Shown: in pieces, positions 1 through 10,011 of the stretch | Layout of the letters: each line of letters opens with the position of its first letter | Numbering within the stretch: the first letter of the stretch is position 1 | Assembly: GCA_002774355.1 (NCBI GenBank) | Contig: PEYN01000191.1 | Coordinates: 1-63,912 of the forward strand | Reading direction: 5' to 3' | From: Fidelibacterota bacterium CG08_land_8_20_14_0_20_45_22 | Lineage (GTDB): Bacteria; Fidelibacterota; UBA2242 | Length of the DNA stretch: 63,912 bases | Position numbers and translations under genes: made by a program | Notes under the pieces: generated by a model | Told to the model about the DNA's origin: nothing | Database searches by the model: none | The model's input: the letters and a program-made list of their open reading frames with translations, nothing else

Positions 1-416
1 TGATAGATATAGGCGATATTTTTATGCAGGAACATATCGTTCGGTAAGTATTGTTCGCCTTCGATAAACACGAAAAGCGCACTGTCGTAGTAAGCCGGAT
101 TGTCTTTGGCTAATTGCTGATAAGCGCGGCCAAAATAGGAAAAAATATCCTGGGCATATTCTTCCTTGCATCCGTATTCGATCATTTTCTTATAATTTTC
201 AATAGCGCCATTCCAGTTCTGATTTTGATAATAACTATATGCAAAACTCAGATGGAGGTCGCATTTACTGTGGTCGGCTACCGGCGCTGGTGCGGAGGTT
301 TTTACCTTCTGGCTCTCTCCCGGATCCGTCGTGGGAGGCACGCAACTGATAAGCGCAATGCTACAGACAACTACAACTAATATTAACATCCTATGAAAAG
401 TGCGATTCAATCTCAT
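1..416 (-). CDS. TPR-like lipoprotein, N-terminal part only (gene runs off the left edge)
   Basis: Absent from the ORF track because no stop lies in the window. The reverse-strand ATG at 416 (alternative at 389) opens a stop-free frame to position 1: MRLNRTFHRMLILVVVVCSIALISC/VPPTTDPGESQK...YYQNQNWNGAIENYKKMIEYGCKEEYAQ... It has a signal peptide with lipobox LISC and TPR-like helical repeats. The plus-strand track ORF 114-380 lies antisense to it. Confidence 0.55.
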   Translation of the reverse strand, partial: MRLNRTFHRMLILVVVVCSIALISCVPPTTDPGESQKVKTSAPAPVADHSKCDLHLSFAYSYYQNQNWNGAIENYKKMIEYGCKEEYAQDIFSYFGRAYQQLAKDNPAYYDSALFVFIEGEQYLPNDMFLHKNIAYIY

Positions 417-431
417 CCGAAACCCCTTACG

Positions 432-1640
432 TTAGCGTTTTGAAAATCTCCGGAACCATATTTCACCAGTCGTGATGCTCAGGTGAAAATCCAATACTTT
501 TTCAGTTCCGATTTCTTGATTTAAAAAACCATTACGATTACTGTAAACTACTGCAAAATCTAAGCGATTTTGATTTTTGTTGAAAGGAAATCCTACTCCG
601 AAACTCACACCCTTCTCTTTGACAGGATCCGAGTCATAAAAAGGTTCTGTGCGATAAAAAATTCCGCCGCGAAGCGCCATGAGTTTCCAGATGTTTTTCA
701 TCTCATATGGCTCACTTCGTTTTTCAACGCCTAGTCCAACATAAATTGGATCTTTTGCATCGGTCGGCTTGAATAAATAAAATTTCTGAAAAATCGAACT
801 CGCAACTTTTCCCATCTGAGCATCAAAATTGACGCTTATATTTTCCAGAACCTTTTTACTTACCGCCAATCGTAATGACGATGGATATTCAAGCGTTTGG
901 GTTGGAAGCGTATCATCTTCACCATAGTAATAATTGAGTATTTGTGTGTATTCAAATCCAAGCGGATGCTCATAAACGCCAGCAATATTTAAACCAATCT
1001 TTGGAAAATTCCAGAGAAACCCTAGACCAAGTTGCGAACCGCCTAGCGTAGTCTCTTTCTTGAAGAAAGAATCCCATCCACCATCAACTCCGAAATCGGT
1101 GTCCGTTTTAACAAGATAACTGCCGAATAGTAAATCCAACTTCAAGCCAAGAGATAAATTCTGGTTGACCCGGTAGCCACCTCCAAAATAAAAAGAAGAG
1201 ATGCCGCCCACTAATTTAACAACCGACTGATAATCGACCATCGTTCCGGCATATTCCGTCGAATCGGTAAATGACATATTACCGATACTGCGCGTCTGGG
1301 GAGACATTCCCAGCGCTAAGCCCAGTCGTTTTCCAATCGGCGCTTTAAAAGCAAAACCTTCAAAATGTGTTAAATTGCTGGCGGAAGAAGTCTGCGTAAC
1401 GGACAAGTTGGAAGAGTAAATCTGTCCCTGAAGCGACGTCGTGAAAAAATTCGTCCACAAAGCCGGATTAATCGTATTCAACGCAATGGAATCGGTCATT
1501 GCGGCGCCGGTTCCCGCCATGCCTAGATTTCTCGCAGGCGAAGAAGGCGATTCGATCCCGAATCCAAAAGCCGTATAATAGGAATTTTGCGCAAACAACG
1601 ACGCAGAAAAAATGAGCAGAATAACGATAGCTTTTTTCAT
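432..1640 (-). CDS. outer-membrane beta-barrel protein, FadL/TodX/PorV-like
   Basis: 402 aa. Signal peptide MKKAIVILLIFSASLFA/QN. The N-terminal plug-like motif ARNLGMAGTGAAMTDSIALNTINPALW is typical of FadL-type 14-stranded barrels. Alternating hydrophobic beta-strand patterns run throughout. Confidence 0.6.
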   Translation of the reverse strand: MKKAIVILLIFSASLFAQNSYYTAFGFGIESPSSPARNLGMAGTGAAMTDSIALNTINPALWTNFFTTSLQGQIYSSNLSVTQTSSASNLTHFEGFAFKAPIGKRLGLALGMSPQTRSIGNMSFTDSTEYAGTMVDYQSVVKLVGGISSFYFGGGYRVNQNLSLGLKLDLLFGSYLVKTDTDFGVDGGWDSFFKKETTLGGSQLGLGFLWNFPKIGLNIAGVYEHPLGFEYTQILNYYYGEDDTLPTQTLEYPSSLRLAVSKKVLENISVNFDAQMGKVASSIFQKFYLFKPTDAKDPIYVGLGVEKRSEPYEMKNIWKLMALRGGIFYRTEPFYDSDPVKEKGVSFGVGFPFNKNQNRLDFAVVYSNRNGFLNQEIGTEKVLDFHLSITTGEIWFRRFSKR

Positions 1641-1645
1641 CTATG

Positions 1646-2848
1646 TTAATATTCTTTCATGGTTAAGATTTCCAAATACGGACGAAAATCTGGATTGGAA
1701 GCTTTAGCACTATACAAAGACAATGTCGATACTCCCGAATTGGAAGTGGAAGACCAAAGGACAACGCCAAAATTATCGTGGTATTGACTCGTATATTTCT
1801 GAACCGTACTGCCGATTAAAAACACGATGGAAGTGTCGCTGGGTCCGATTGAGACGTACGTTGCATACGAACTGGTGCTGGGTGTAAAATCCGGGTCATT
1901 CCAATCCTGTGTCGAATCAAGTAAACTCAAGTACAAGTAAAAATTTTCACCGTAGTTTTGTGTCAAAGTCGCGTCAATTTTGATGTGCAATTTAGCGCTG
2001 GCAATGACCTCATTCGGATCGGAAATAGTATCTTCGACTGAGAATTTCAGAAATGCGCGTGACGCTATTCCTGCGCTGACCGTCAGCCTTCCCAGATCCA
2101 AATTCGTCTGAGCAAATTTAACTACCGAGATGTCATCAGCCGGATAAACGTAGCCTGTCAGTGTATCACCATCCTCAACATATCTCACGATAATGAGCGG
2201 ATACGAACTGGCTTCACTGGAATAAATCGTCTGAACACTTCGCACGGCGTCATCCGCTTGCCGAATAACCAATCCGTAATTCTCATACGGATTCCCCTCC
2301 CAGTACGTCAACAAAGCCGTGTCAAGAGGAACGTAAAACGTATCATAATTCGAATAAGCAAACCGACCGCATTCCTTCCGGGTATAATCGTTCAGATTAA
2401 AATTCGTAAAATCCGTACTGTCTTCAGTCCATTCCGTAATACCTGACGAGTCTTTTAGCGTTTCCACGACCAATTCGGTACCGGCGACGCTGTTCGAATC
2501 GTATGGAAGTTCCGTCGCACTGATAAGTCTCAATCGGACGTCGATTAAATTTTCAAAAGTATCCGGAATCGTGCTGAATGTCTCAAAGCGAAGAAGCGCG
2601 AAAGCAGTCGCATCTTCATTTTTTCCAATCAACAATCTGCCGCTTGAGCCTATCTGCGGAGTCACGACCTGAGTTGTATCCGACATAAATTCGGACTCAA
2701 TCTTGTATTGTTTAAACGACACCGGAGCCTCTTCAAGGGGTAAAGTGGGCATTTTTTCATCACAAGTACTCAGCAATAAAGGCAAGAACAGAAAGGAAAA
2801 AACGAAAATCGACTTAGCCGTATGATAGAAAGATTTAGATTTATCCAT
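1646..2848 (-). CDS. secreted lipoprotein of unknown function (possibly DUF4270-like)
   Basis: 400 aa with a signal peptide and lipobox LLLSTC. It sits 5 nt upstream of the barrel gene and directly after the short GT5-like gene, an arrangement I recall from Bacteroidetes (GT5-like followed by DUF4270). No catalytic motif recognised. Confidence 0.6.
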   Translation of the reverse strand: MDKSKSFYHTAKSIFVFSFLFLPLLLSTCDEKMPTLPLEEAPVSFKQYKIESEFMSDTTQVVTPQIGSSGRLLIGKNEDATAFALLRFETFSTIPDTFENLIDVRLRLISATELPYDSNSVAGTELVVETLKDSSGITEWTEDSTDFTNFNLNDYTRKECGRFAYSNYDTFYVPLDTALLTYWEGNPYENYGLVIRQADDAVRSVQTIYSSEASSYPLIIVRYVEDGDTLTGYVYPADDISVVKFAQTNLDLGRLTVSAGIASRAFLKFSVEDTISDPNEVIASAKLHIKIDATLTQNYGENFYLYLSLLDSTQDWNDPDFTPSTSSYATYVSIGPSDTSIVFLIGSTVQKYTSQYHDNFGVVLWSSTSNSGVSTLSLYSAKASNPDFRPYLEILTMKEY

Positions 2849-2867
2849 GTTGATTGGTTGTTTCCCG

Positions 2868-3707
2868 TTATAAACGTTTGATAACTTTTATGATTTCATC
2901 CGCTATATTCTGCCACTCTTCTGACGATTCTCCTTTTAGGTTGAAGGTCGAAATTTTTTTCTTATTTTGGGCAAACAAATCTTTAAATACTGGATCTTCC
3001 TGATATTTCTTAATGAGGTTTCCTTCGCCATTTGAGATCATGACATGGTCGCAGTACGGAAAAGCCGCCGCGACGCAATCCAGTTTCCCGTCCTGAATGG
3101 ACGGCGAGTTAGTTACATTTAATCCGATTTCTGCATATTCGGATAAAGAAAATACAGATGCAGGATTTTTCGAATGGAGAATTTGTAGAATTTTAACTCC
3201 GTCGAAATATTCTTTATTCAGCAGATCGGAATGGATCAGAAGTGGGATCATGCTCATTTGCCAATCATTCAGGATGATGACTTCTGGCTTCCATCTGAGA
3301 TAATTCAAGGTGATGAGTGCAGACGCCGCAAAATAACCATTCCGGATTGAATTGAAAGTTTCGATTTTGTCGTCTTCCTGCTTGTACAGAGCGGCGGGTT
3401 GAACGCAGGAATAAAATGACTCATGTTCTAGAAAATAAACCTGAACCTTGGTGTTTGGAATGAAAGCCGATTTGACCGACGCTTTTATCTCGATATTTCG
3501 GTACTTTAAATCCATTTCGCGTAGACGGATTACCTCACGAAGGATGTAACGACGTTCGCTGATAAAATGATACTTGGGCATCATCAGTCTGAAATCAAAT
3601 TTTCGTTCGTTGAAAACAATCGGGATCTCTTTTGAAAAATTTGCAAGTGAATAGTTCTCGGCAAACGGGATAATCTCTGAAGTCAAAAAATAAATTCTTT
3701 TAATCAT
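2868..3707 (-). CDS. glycogen/starch-synthase-like GT5 N-domain-only protein, probably non-catalytic
   Basis: 279 aa. The N-terminus IYFLTSEIIPFAENYSLANF...FRLMMPKY aligns with the GlgA start (...SE..PfaKTGGLadv...v.lP.Y). However, the KTGGL motif is replaced by ENYSL and the whole C-terminal GT1 half is missing. Confidence 0.55.
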   Translation of the reverse strand: MIKRIYFLTSEIIPFAENYSLANFSKEIPIVFNERKFDFRLMMPKYHFISERRYILREVIRLREMDLKYRNIEIKASVKSAFIPNTKVQVYFLEHESFYSCVQPAALYKQEDDKIETFNSIRNGYFAASALITLNYLRWKPEVIILNDWQMSMIPLLIHSDLLNKEYFDGVKILQILHSKNPASVFSLSEYAEIGLNVTNSPSIQDGKLDCVAAAFPYCDHVMISNGEGNLIKKYQEDPVFKDLFAQNKKKISTFNLKGESSEEWQNIADEIIKVIKRL

Positions 3708-3711
3708 AGTC

Positions 3712-4593
3712 TCATTTCATGTATTGTTTAGCACTGGGTACGAATTCACTCTGCGGAAAGCGTTCTATGAGCAGTTTAAACTGCTCGTTTGCTTTCGCCT
3801 GATTTCCAAGCGCTATGTAGCATAGTCCAATTTTGAATTGTGCGTCATCATCCTTATTGCTATTTGGAAAAGAAAGAACTTTCTCAAATTCAACGATAGC
3901 CCTCTGAGATTGTTTCAGAGAATAATAGCATTCGCCGATCCAATATTGCGCATTGTCGGCTAGTTCGTTGGTTCTGTCTTCATTCACGAGCTGGCGGAAA
4001 ATGTCGATGGCTTCGGTATGCTGACTCTTTTGATGCAAGGTCAGCGCTTTCAGATAGCGTTCCTTGTACGAATCGCCTGACGCCAGATTCGCGGCTTCGT
4101 CAGCCCCAAAATCGCTGACCGTCCGGAATTCACCAACGCTCGCACTCAAACTGACGATTCGATTCTCAAGTGAAATCAGTTGAGCCAGAAGTTGCATGTT
4201 CACGCTATCGGCATAAATCGCACGATCTTCTAAAATTCCGTTGATCCTGCGGATATTCTCCAAACTCGCGTTGAACGATTTTACGATCTCCTGCAACTGG
4301 GCAACGGAATTTTTAAGCATCTGAACTTCGTCACGCGATGCGGTTTGAAGACTGCCTATTTTCGTTATATTTTTAGACAGTTTGTTAACAGCCTTCACAG
4401 TTAAATTCATCCGTTCCTTGAGTTTCGCGATTTCCTGTTCAGTCGTTTGTGAATTTTTAGCCTCAGATTGAGGAGTTTTTTTAGATTGCGGAAAAGCGTT
4501 CAGAACATGATTCGGGACGGAGCAAATAGCCGCAATGAAAAAGCATGTAATAATCCGATTGCCACAAACCATCTTTTTCATAATCTCATCCAA
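3712..4593 (-). CDS. CpoB/YbgF-like periplasmic coiled-coil plus TPR protein
   Basis: 293 aa. It has a signal/anchor segment and a long coiled-coil (LKNSVAQLQEIVKSF...). The C-terminal TPR block is NAQYWIGECYYSLKQSQRAIVEFEKVLSFPNSNKDDDAQFKIGLCYIALGNQAKANEQFKLLIERFPQSE, typical of Tol-Pal YbgF. Confidence 0.6.
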   Translation of the reverse strand: MDEIMKKMVCGNRIITCFFIAAICSVPNHVLNAFPQSKKTPQSEAKNSQTTEQEIAKLKERMNLTVKAVNKLSKNITKIGSLQTASRDEVQMLKNSVAQLQEIVKSFNASLENIRRINGILEDRAIYADSVNMQLLAQLISLENRIVSLSASVGEFRTVSDFGADEAANLASGDSYKERYLKALTLHQKSQHTEAIDIFRQLVNEDRTNELADNAQYWIGECYYSLKQSQRAIVEFEKVLSFPNSNKDDDAQFKIGLCYIALGNQAKANEQFKLLIERFPQSEFVPSAKQYMK

Positions 4594-4650
4594 ACATACA
4601 GCATAAGGTATCGTAAGCTAAGATTTTCCATATAAAAATCAAACCAAAAT

Positions 4651-5916
4651 TTATAGTCTGTGGCGTCCAATCGGTTTTTCAGTGCTAACGTTTAAAACCA
4701 TCCCGATTGCCGCAAAACAGGTTATGGCGAACGAACCGCCATAACTTAGAAACGGTAAAGGAATTCCTGTCACCGGCATAAAACCGATCGTCATTGCAAT
4801 GTTGACGGCAATATGAAAGAAAAGCATGCTTCCGACGCCGATGATAATTAGCGATCCAAAACGGTCTTTCAACCGGAAGGCGGAATTGATAAAAACAAAG
4901 ATCATCAGTAAAAACAAGATCAGTACGATGACCGTTCCGATAAAACCGTATTCTTCTCCGACGACGGAAAATATGAAATCGTTGTGCTGTTCTGGAAGAA
5001 ATTTTAAATGAGTTTGGGTTCCCTTTCCCAGCCCCTTACCAAAGATTCCACCGCTTCCAATGGTAATTTGCGATTGCAGAACCTGATAGCCCGCTCCTTG
5101 CGGATCCGCTTCTATATTAAACAACGTTAAAATACGATTCTGCTGATAGGGTTTCAGATGATTCCAGAGTATCGGCGTCATAAAACCCAGTGATAAATTT
5201 AAGACAAAAAGAATAATGGAAATCCAGAGCTTCTCACGGGTAATGTAAAACACAGCAATCAACAAAATAACCCAAATAAAAAATGTATAAAAATTAAAGG
5301 CGGTCACGACACTCAGAATCGGCGATAGCAAGATGAAAATATGAAATGTCCGCGCGCCCGCCCAGATCAACATAGGAAAAATGACTGCAAAATAAACCAG
5401 CGACGTTCCGAGATCCGGTTGAGACATAACGATTACCATCGGTAATAATCCGAGCATAAGCGGTGGCACCAGCGATTTGAACTGGGTTATCGGCAAATCG
5501 GTGCGACACAAATATTTGGCAATTGAAAGGATGACGATGAGTTTCATAAATTCCGATGGTTGAAAACGTAATCCACCGAAACCGATCCAGCGATAAGCGC
5601 CAGAACTCGCTCTTCCAAGGAAAAAAGGCAGAATCACTAAAACGATGCCAATACTATAAATAAAATAGGCAGTGTCAAAGAACAGTTTACCCTGCAGAAA
5701 GAAAATCAATGTCATCAACAGAATGCCGCTTAGCATCCAGATCAGCTGTCGTCCAATCACTTTTTGAAAAAAAGGCAGATCGATGCGCATGGAAGCACTA
5801 AATAGAGAGAGGAGTCCTATCAGACTCAACAAGCCGACGATAATAATCAATATCCGGTTATTATCCGATAGCGTTTTTGTAAAATCTTTAGCGAGATTAA
5901 ACTTACGGGTTTCCAT
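4651..5916 (-). CDS. rodA: peptidoglycan glycosyltransferase RodA (SEDS family)
   Basis: Multi-TM FtsW/RodA/SpoVE pattern, with ...QPSEFMK... and C-terminal GIPLPFLSYGGSF. It lies downstream of mrdA. The track ORF starts at 5979 inside mrdA, so I moved the start to METRKFNL (5916). Confidence 0.9.
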   Translation of the reverse strand: METRKFNLAKDFTKTLSDNNRILIIIVGLLSLIGLLSLFSASMRIDLPFFQKVIGRQLIWMLSGILLMTLIFFLQGKLFFDTAYFIYSIGIVLVILPFFLGRASSGAYRWIGFGGLRFQPSEFMKLIVILSIAKYLCRTDLPITQFKSLVPPLMLGLLPMVIVMSQPDLGTSLVYFAVIFPMLIWAGARTFHIFILLSPILSVVTAFNFYTFFIWVILLIAVFYITREKLWISIILFVLNLSLGFMTPILWNHLKPYQQNRILTLFNIEADPQGAGYQVLQSQITIGSGGIFGKGLGKGTQTHLKFLPEQHNDFIFSVVGEEYGFIGTVIVLILFLLMIFVFINSAFRLKDRFGSLIIIGVGSMLFFHIAVNIAMTIGFMPVTGIPLPFLSYGGSFAITCFAAIGMVLNVSTEKPIGRHRL

Positions 5917-7708
5917 GACGATCCGCCAGCATCTGTTGCGTTGAAGGATTATAATAAAAGTGATAAATCTTGCCGGCAATTTGAGCGGCTATTCCGCCGC
6001 CCGATCCACCGTTCTCGATCATCACGACAATGGCGAGCGGCGCGCCTTGTTCCGGCTTACTCCACCCGATGAACCATGCGTGATCGTCTCCATGCGGATT
6101 TTGCGCAGTGCCTGTTTTCCCGCAAATCTTCATATCTTTAACTTTAGCCGCTCGTCCGGTTCCGGATTCGACCACATCGAACATGGCGTTTTCGATAAAT
6201 TCCCATGTTTCAGATGAATAACTCGTTATCGTATCACTTGGAACGGCAAAAATGGAAAATTGGGAATTACTACGACTGAGGAATTTCATTCCAAGATGCG
6301 GTTGTACGATTTTCCCGCGCGTCGCCAGCGCACCGGCAAATCGGACCATCTGGATAGGCGTAACCAGCAAATCGCCCTGACCGATAACGAGGTTCAACTT
6401 CGTCCCATCCGTCCAGCCAATTCCGTAATATTTCTTATCGAGAAACTTCGCGTCGGGCAAAGTGCCGGCAGACTCGCCATATAAATCAATATCTGTTTTG
6501 GAACCGAACCCAAAATTGGAGGCGGTTCTCGACCAAACATCTATATCAATTTTCCGAATCAGATTATAAAAATAAACATTGCAGGAATGCACGATCGCGT
6601 CGTGCATATTCATCAAACCGTGACCTTCTTTTTTCCAGCATTTATAAACGCGACGCCCCATCCGGTATTTGCCGTTACAATAGACCGACCATCCGGGATC
6701 GACTGTTTTATTCTCAAGCGCTGAAAGAATTGCAATAATTTTGAAAGTCGAGCCGGGCGGATAAGTTCCTTGAATAACACGGTCATATAAAGGGCGATCC
6801 GGATTCGTAATCAAATCCCGCCACACGTCCGCTTTGACTGTTCCCGAAAAAAGTCCCGGCGCATAGTCCGGTTTGCTGACGTATGTTAAGATTTCGCCCG
6901 TCAGCGCATTCATTACGACAACGGAACCGCGTCTTTCTCCAATCAGCGATTCGGCATAAATTTGCAAATCCAGATCGATCGTCAAATACAAATCGTTACC
7001 AGGGATAGGCAAAACTTTCTCCCTGTTCATCAGCGTTCCAACTTCTCTGCCCAAAACATCAACTTGAATATAGTTGTAACCACGGGTTCCCCGCAAAATT
7101 GGTTCATATTCCCGCTCGATACCTTTCCATCCAATCAAATCACCTTGTTTATATCCGAATTGTTTGATGTTTTTCAAGTCTTGTTTGTTGATTTCCCGTA
7201 AATATCCAATAACCTGAGACAAATTGGCTTTCGATGTAAATGAACGGACTGGTTTCGTGGAATACAACACTCCCGGCAAATCAACGCGATGTTCTTCCAA
7301 ATAGGTTAAAGTTTTAAAATCAACATCATCTGCAACTTTAGCCGGGACAAAAAGACCGCGTGAATGCCGCTTGATGCGCCTGTCCAATTCATCCTGAGAA
7401 ATGTTCAGAAGACTCGTCAGCGTCTCATAAGTCTCCTTGGATTGATTCGCTTCGTACGGAATGACATTGACATTGTACTGGGATTTGTTTTCAACGATGA
7501 TCTGTCCTTTTCGGTCTAAAATCGCACCGCGCGGCGCTTCGAGTGGAATGATACGGATTCGATTGGATTCCGCGATTCCCTTGAACCGGCTATATTCGGC
7601 AATCTGAATGTAATAGAGCCGCCAGAAAATGATAAAAAAAACAGCCGTCACTATTCCAAGCATAAAATTCTTCCTGGGGACAGATATATTATTCTGAGAA
7701 TAAAACAT
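5903..7708 (-). CDS. mrdA: penicillin-binding protein 2 (elongasome transpeptidase)
   Basis: 601 aa with an N-terminal TM. Motifs: SxxK (PPGSTFKII), SxN (HSCNVYFY) and KTG (CGKTGTAQ). Position is between mreD and rodA. Confidence 0.92.
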   Translation of the reverse strand: MFYSQNNISVPRKNFMLGIVTAVFFIIFWRLYYIQIAEYSRFKGIAESNRIRIIPLEAPRGAILDRKGQIIVENKSQYNVNVIPYEANQSKETYETLTSLLNISQDELDRRIKRHSRGLFVPAKVADDVDFKTLTYLEEHRVDLPGVLYSTKPVRSFTSKANLSQVIGYLREINKQDLKNIKQFGYKQGDLIGWKGIEREYEPILRGTRGYNYIQVDVLGREVGTLMNREKVLPIPGNDLYLTIDLDLQIYAESLIGERRGSVVVMNALTGEILTYVSKPDYAPGLFSGTVKADVWRDLITNPDRPLYDRVIQGTYPPGSTFKIIAILSALENKTVDPGWSVYCNGKYRMGRRVYKCWKKEGHGLMNMHDAIVHSCNVYFYNLIRKIDIDVWSRTASNFGFGSKTDIDLYGESAGTLPDAKFLDKKYYGIGWTDGTKLNLVIGQGDLLVTPIQMVRFAGALATRGKIVQPHLGMKFLSRSNSQFSIFAVPSDTITSYSSETWEFIENAMFDVVESGTGRAAKVKDMKICGKTGTAQNPHGDDHAWFIGWSKPEQGAPLAIVVMIENGGSGGGIAAQIAGKIYHFYYNPSTQQMLADRHGNP

Positions 7709-7710
7709 AC

Positions 7711-8190
7711 TCAGTCATTTCCGGAAGAGATAAAATAATCGATCAAAACATAAAAAATGAGCGTATAAAGCGTCGAAGGCAAAACAAATCGAAGAATGAT
7801 AAAATAAAAGGAGAATTCCGTTCCCTTATAGTTGATAAGATAGAAAATGACATAGGAAAACAGAATAATAGCCACGTGAACCGCATGATAATAAAACGGA
7901 TATAGTCTATTACGCTGGTTTTTCATACAACCAGAAAAAAATCCAACACATGTTTTAATCAACGCCGAAAGCCCCAAAAATGAGCCCATTCCCAGCGCAT
8001 CGACGAGCAAGCCGATGATAAAACCGTATGTCTGGCCAACCATCCGCCCCTCGGTTCTGCCGATAAACATTACGACGAGTAGTATGAAATCCGGGCGAAT
8101 CTCACGGATTGTCATCCAGGGTACAAAAAGAACTTGAATGAGAATAGCAATTAGGCTAAATAGGATTATATTTGTCAGTTTTCGTAACAT
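7711..8190 (-). CDS. mreD: rod shape-determining protein MreD
   Basis: Small polytopic membrane protein after mreC. The start was moved from 8310 to MLRKLTNIILFSL (8190), because the track extension overlaps mreC by 136 nt. Confidence 0.8.
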   Translation of the reverse strand: MLRKLTNIILFSLIAILIQVLFVPWMTIREIRPDFILLVVMFIGRTEGRMVGQTYGFIIGLLVDALGMGSFLGLSALIKTCVGFFSGCMKNQRNRLYPFYYHAVHVAIILFSYVIFYLINYKGTEFSFYFIILRFVLPSTLYTLIFYVLIDYFISSGND

Positions 8191-8978
8191 GAATTGGATA
8201 GAATAACGAAGACTTCCTCGATCTCGTTGATGTTGACGCTTGGTTTGACTGTCACCGTTTGAAACAGTGCGTTGTCCGATGATTTCGTTTCCACCACTTC
8301 GCCAATGCAAATATTAGGCGGGTAAATCTGACTATAGCCCGATGTCACGACTTTTTCCCCCTGTACGATGCTCACGGTCTTTGGAACTTCATTAACTTCG
8401 GCGTAACCATTCGGGTTCCATTGCATGATTCCAAAAACGCGCGAATCCTGAAACTTGACACTAATTCTGAAATTGACGTCTAAAAAAATCTGCACAAGGG
8501 TTGTCTTTTCCCCAACTGAAACCGTTTTCCCGACGATTCCCTTTAGAGAAATTACTGCCATATCAGGCTTGACGCCCTGCATTTTTCCGATATTTATCAA
8601 AATGGAATTACAAATAGGTGAAATGCCAAGATTCAGCACTTTGGCGGGAACAACGACCAACTGTGTCGTATCCATAAATCCGAGATTGTTACGCAAGCGT
8701 TGATTTTCCAGCCATGCTTCTTTCATTTGAACATTCAAAAGCGTCAGTTGGAGATTTTCCTCTTTTAACTTTGCATTTTCCTCAACGACATTTGATAGAT
8801 CGTTGATCCAAATGTTTGGAAGATTGATAAACGAGAGAACGTTTGACACATCGCCCTGAAGCGACCTGACTTGCGGATTTTCATTTAATAGCAGAACAAC
8901 AAATGAAATCCCAATTAAAAAAAGAAACAGGATATATTCATAAAAAGAAACGATGAGATTGAGAAATTTTTCCCACAT
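8175..8978 (-). CDS. mreC: rod shape-determining protein MreC
   Basis: 267 aa with an N-terminal TM, a coiled-coil (LKEENLQLTLLNVQMKEAWLENQRLR) and beta-rich C-terminal domains. Flanked by mreB and mreD. Confidence 0.88.
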   Translation of the reverse strand: MWEKFLNLIVSFYEYILFLFLIGISFVVLLLNENPQVRSLQGDVSNVLSFINLPNIWINDLSNVVEENAKLKEENLQLTLLNVQMKEAWLENQRLRNNLGFMDTTQLVVVPAKVLNLGISPICNSILINIGKMQGVKPDMAVISLKGIVGKTVSVGEKTTLVQIFLDVNFRISVKFQDSRVFGIMQWNPNGYAEVNEVPKTVSIVQGEKVVTSGYSQIYPPNICIGEVVETKSSDNALFQTVTVKPSVNINEIEEVFVILSNSCYEN

Positions 8979-8983
8979 TCAGG

Positions 8984-9997
8984 TTAAAACAAAACTTCTC
9001 TGAATTTCTCAATATTCTCAATAACGATTCCAGCTCCCTTGACAACAGATAACAACGGTTCCTCGGCGACATTTACGGGCAGGTCAGTTTCGACGCGGAT
9101 TCGTTGGTCTAAGCCCTTGAGCAATGCTCCGCCGCCCGTTAGAATAATTCCTCTGTCGAGAATATCGGAGGAGAGTTCCGGCGGCGTTTGTTCCAGCGCT
9201 TGCTTAATGGCTTGGACGATCAGATCGATCGTATCTTTCAAACATTCCCGAATTTCGACAGATGAAACTTCGATCGTTTTCGGAATTCCTGCGATAAGAC
9301 TTCGACCTTTGACACTAATCGTTGTATCATTTATCGGCATTGCTGAACCGATCGTACATTTGATCGTTTCCGCGGTGCGCTCACCAATCAGCAGATTGTG
9401 TTCGCTCTTGAAATATTGAATAATTGCCTCGTCCATCTCGTCACCGGCAACTCGAATCGCTTGTTTGGTGACAATACCATTCAGTGCGATTACTGCGATT
9501 TCCGTTGTGCCTCCTCCAATATCGACAACAATGTTTCCGACCGGTTTGGAAATGTCGATTCCGATTCCAATGGCGGCGGCGACCGGCTCTTCAATTAAAT
9601 AGATTTCACGAGCATTAGCGCGGTCGGCGGAGTCACGAACGGCGCGCTTTTCGACTTCGGTAATTCCGGACGGTATGGCAATGATCATACGCGGACGGGC
9701 AATGCGGCTTAGATTGATTTTCCGGATAAAACCACGAATCATGCTGTCAGTCATTTCAAAGTCCGCAATCACGCCGTCTCGAAGAGGACGAACCGTGACA
9801 ATGTCACGATGGGTTTTCCCAAGCATTTCTTTGGCATCATTTCCAACGGCAACGACTTCGCCGTCATGCGACGACCGTGCAACGATAGATGGCTCGTTAA
9901 GTACGACGCCGCGCCCTTTCATGTAAATCAGCGTATTAGCGGTGCCAAGATCAATGGCGACATCGCCTGTTAAAAAATTAAAAAACTTAAATGGCAT
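8984..9997 (-). CDS. mreB: actin-like rod shape protein MreB
   Basis: 337 aa with DLGTANTLIY, DIGGGTTEIAVI and ILTGGGALLKGLD motifs. Confidence 0.97.
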   Translation of the reverse strand: MPFKFFNFLTGDVAIDLGTANTLIYMKGRGVVLNEPSIVARSSHDGEVVAVGNDAKEMLGKTHRDIVTVRPLRDGVIADFEMTDSMIRGFIRKINLSRIARPRMIIAIPSGITEVEKRAVRDSADRANAREIYLIEEPVAAAIGIGIDISKPVGNIVVDIGGGTTEIAVIALNGIVTKQAIRVAGDEMDEAIIQYFKSEHNLLIGERTAETIKCTIGSAMPINDTTISVKGRSLIAGIPKTIEVSSVEIRECLKDTIDLIVQAIKQALEQTPPELSSDILDRGIILTGGGALLKGLDQRIRVETDLPVNVAEEPLLSVVKGAGIVIENIEKFREVLF

Positions 9998-10011
9998 GAT
10001 ATCTCCAAGCG

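Noticed and set aside
2868-3707. Calling this ORF a functional glycogen synthase (glgA)
   Set aside because: Only the N-terminal GT5 half is present and the KTGGL nucleotide-sugar motif is degenerate (ENYSL). No glgB, glgC or glgP genes are nearby.
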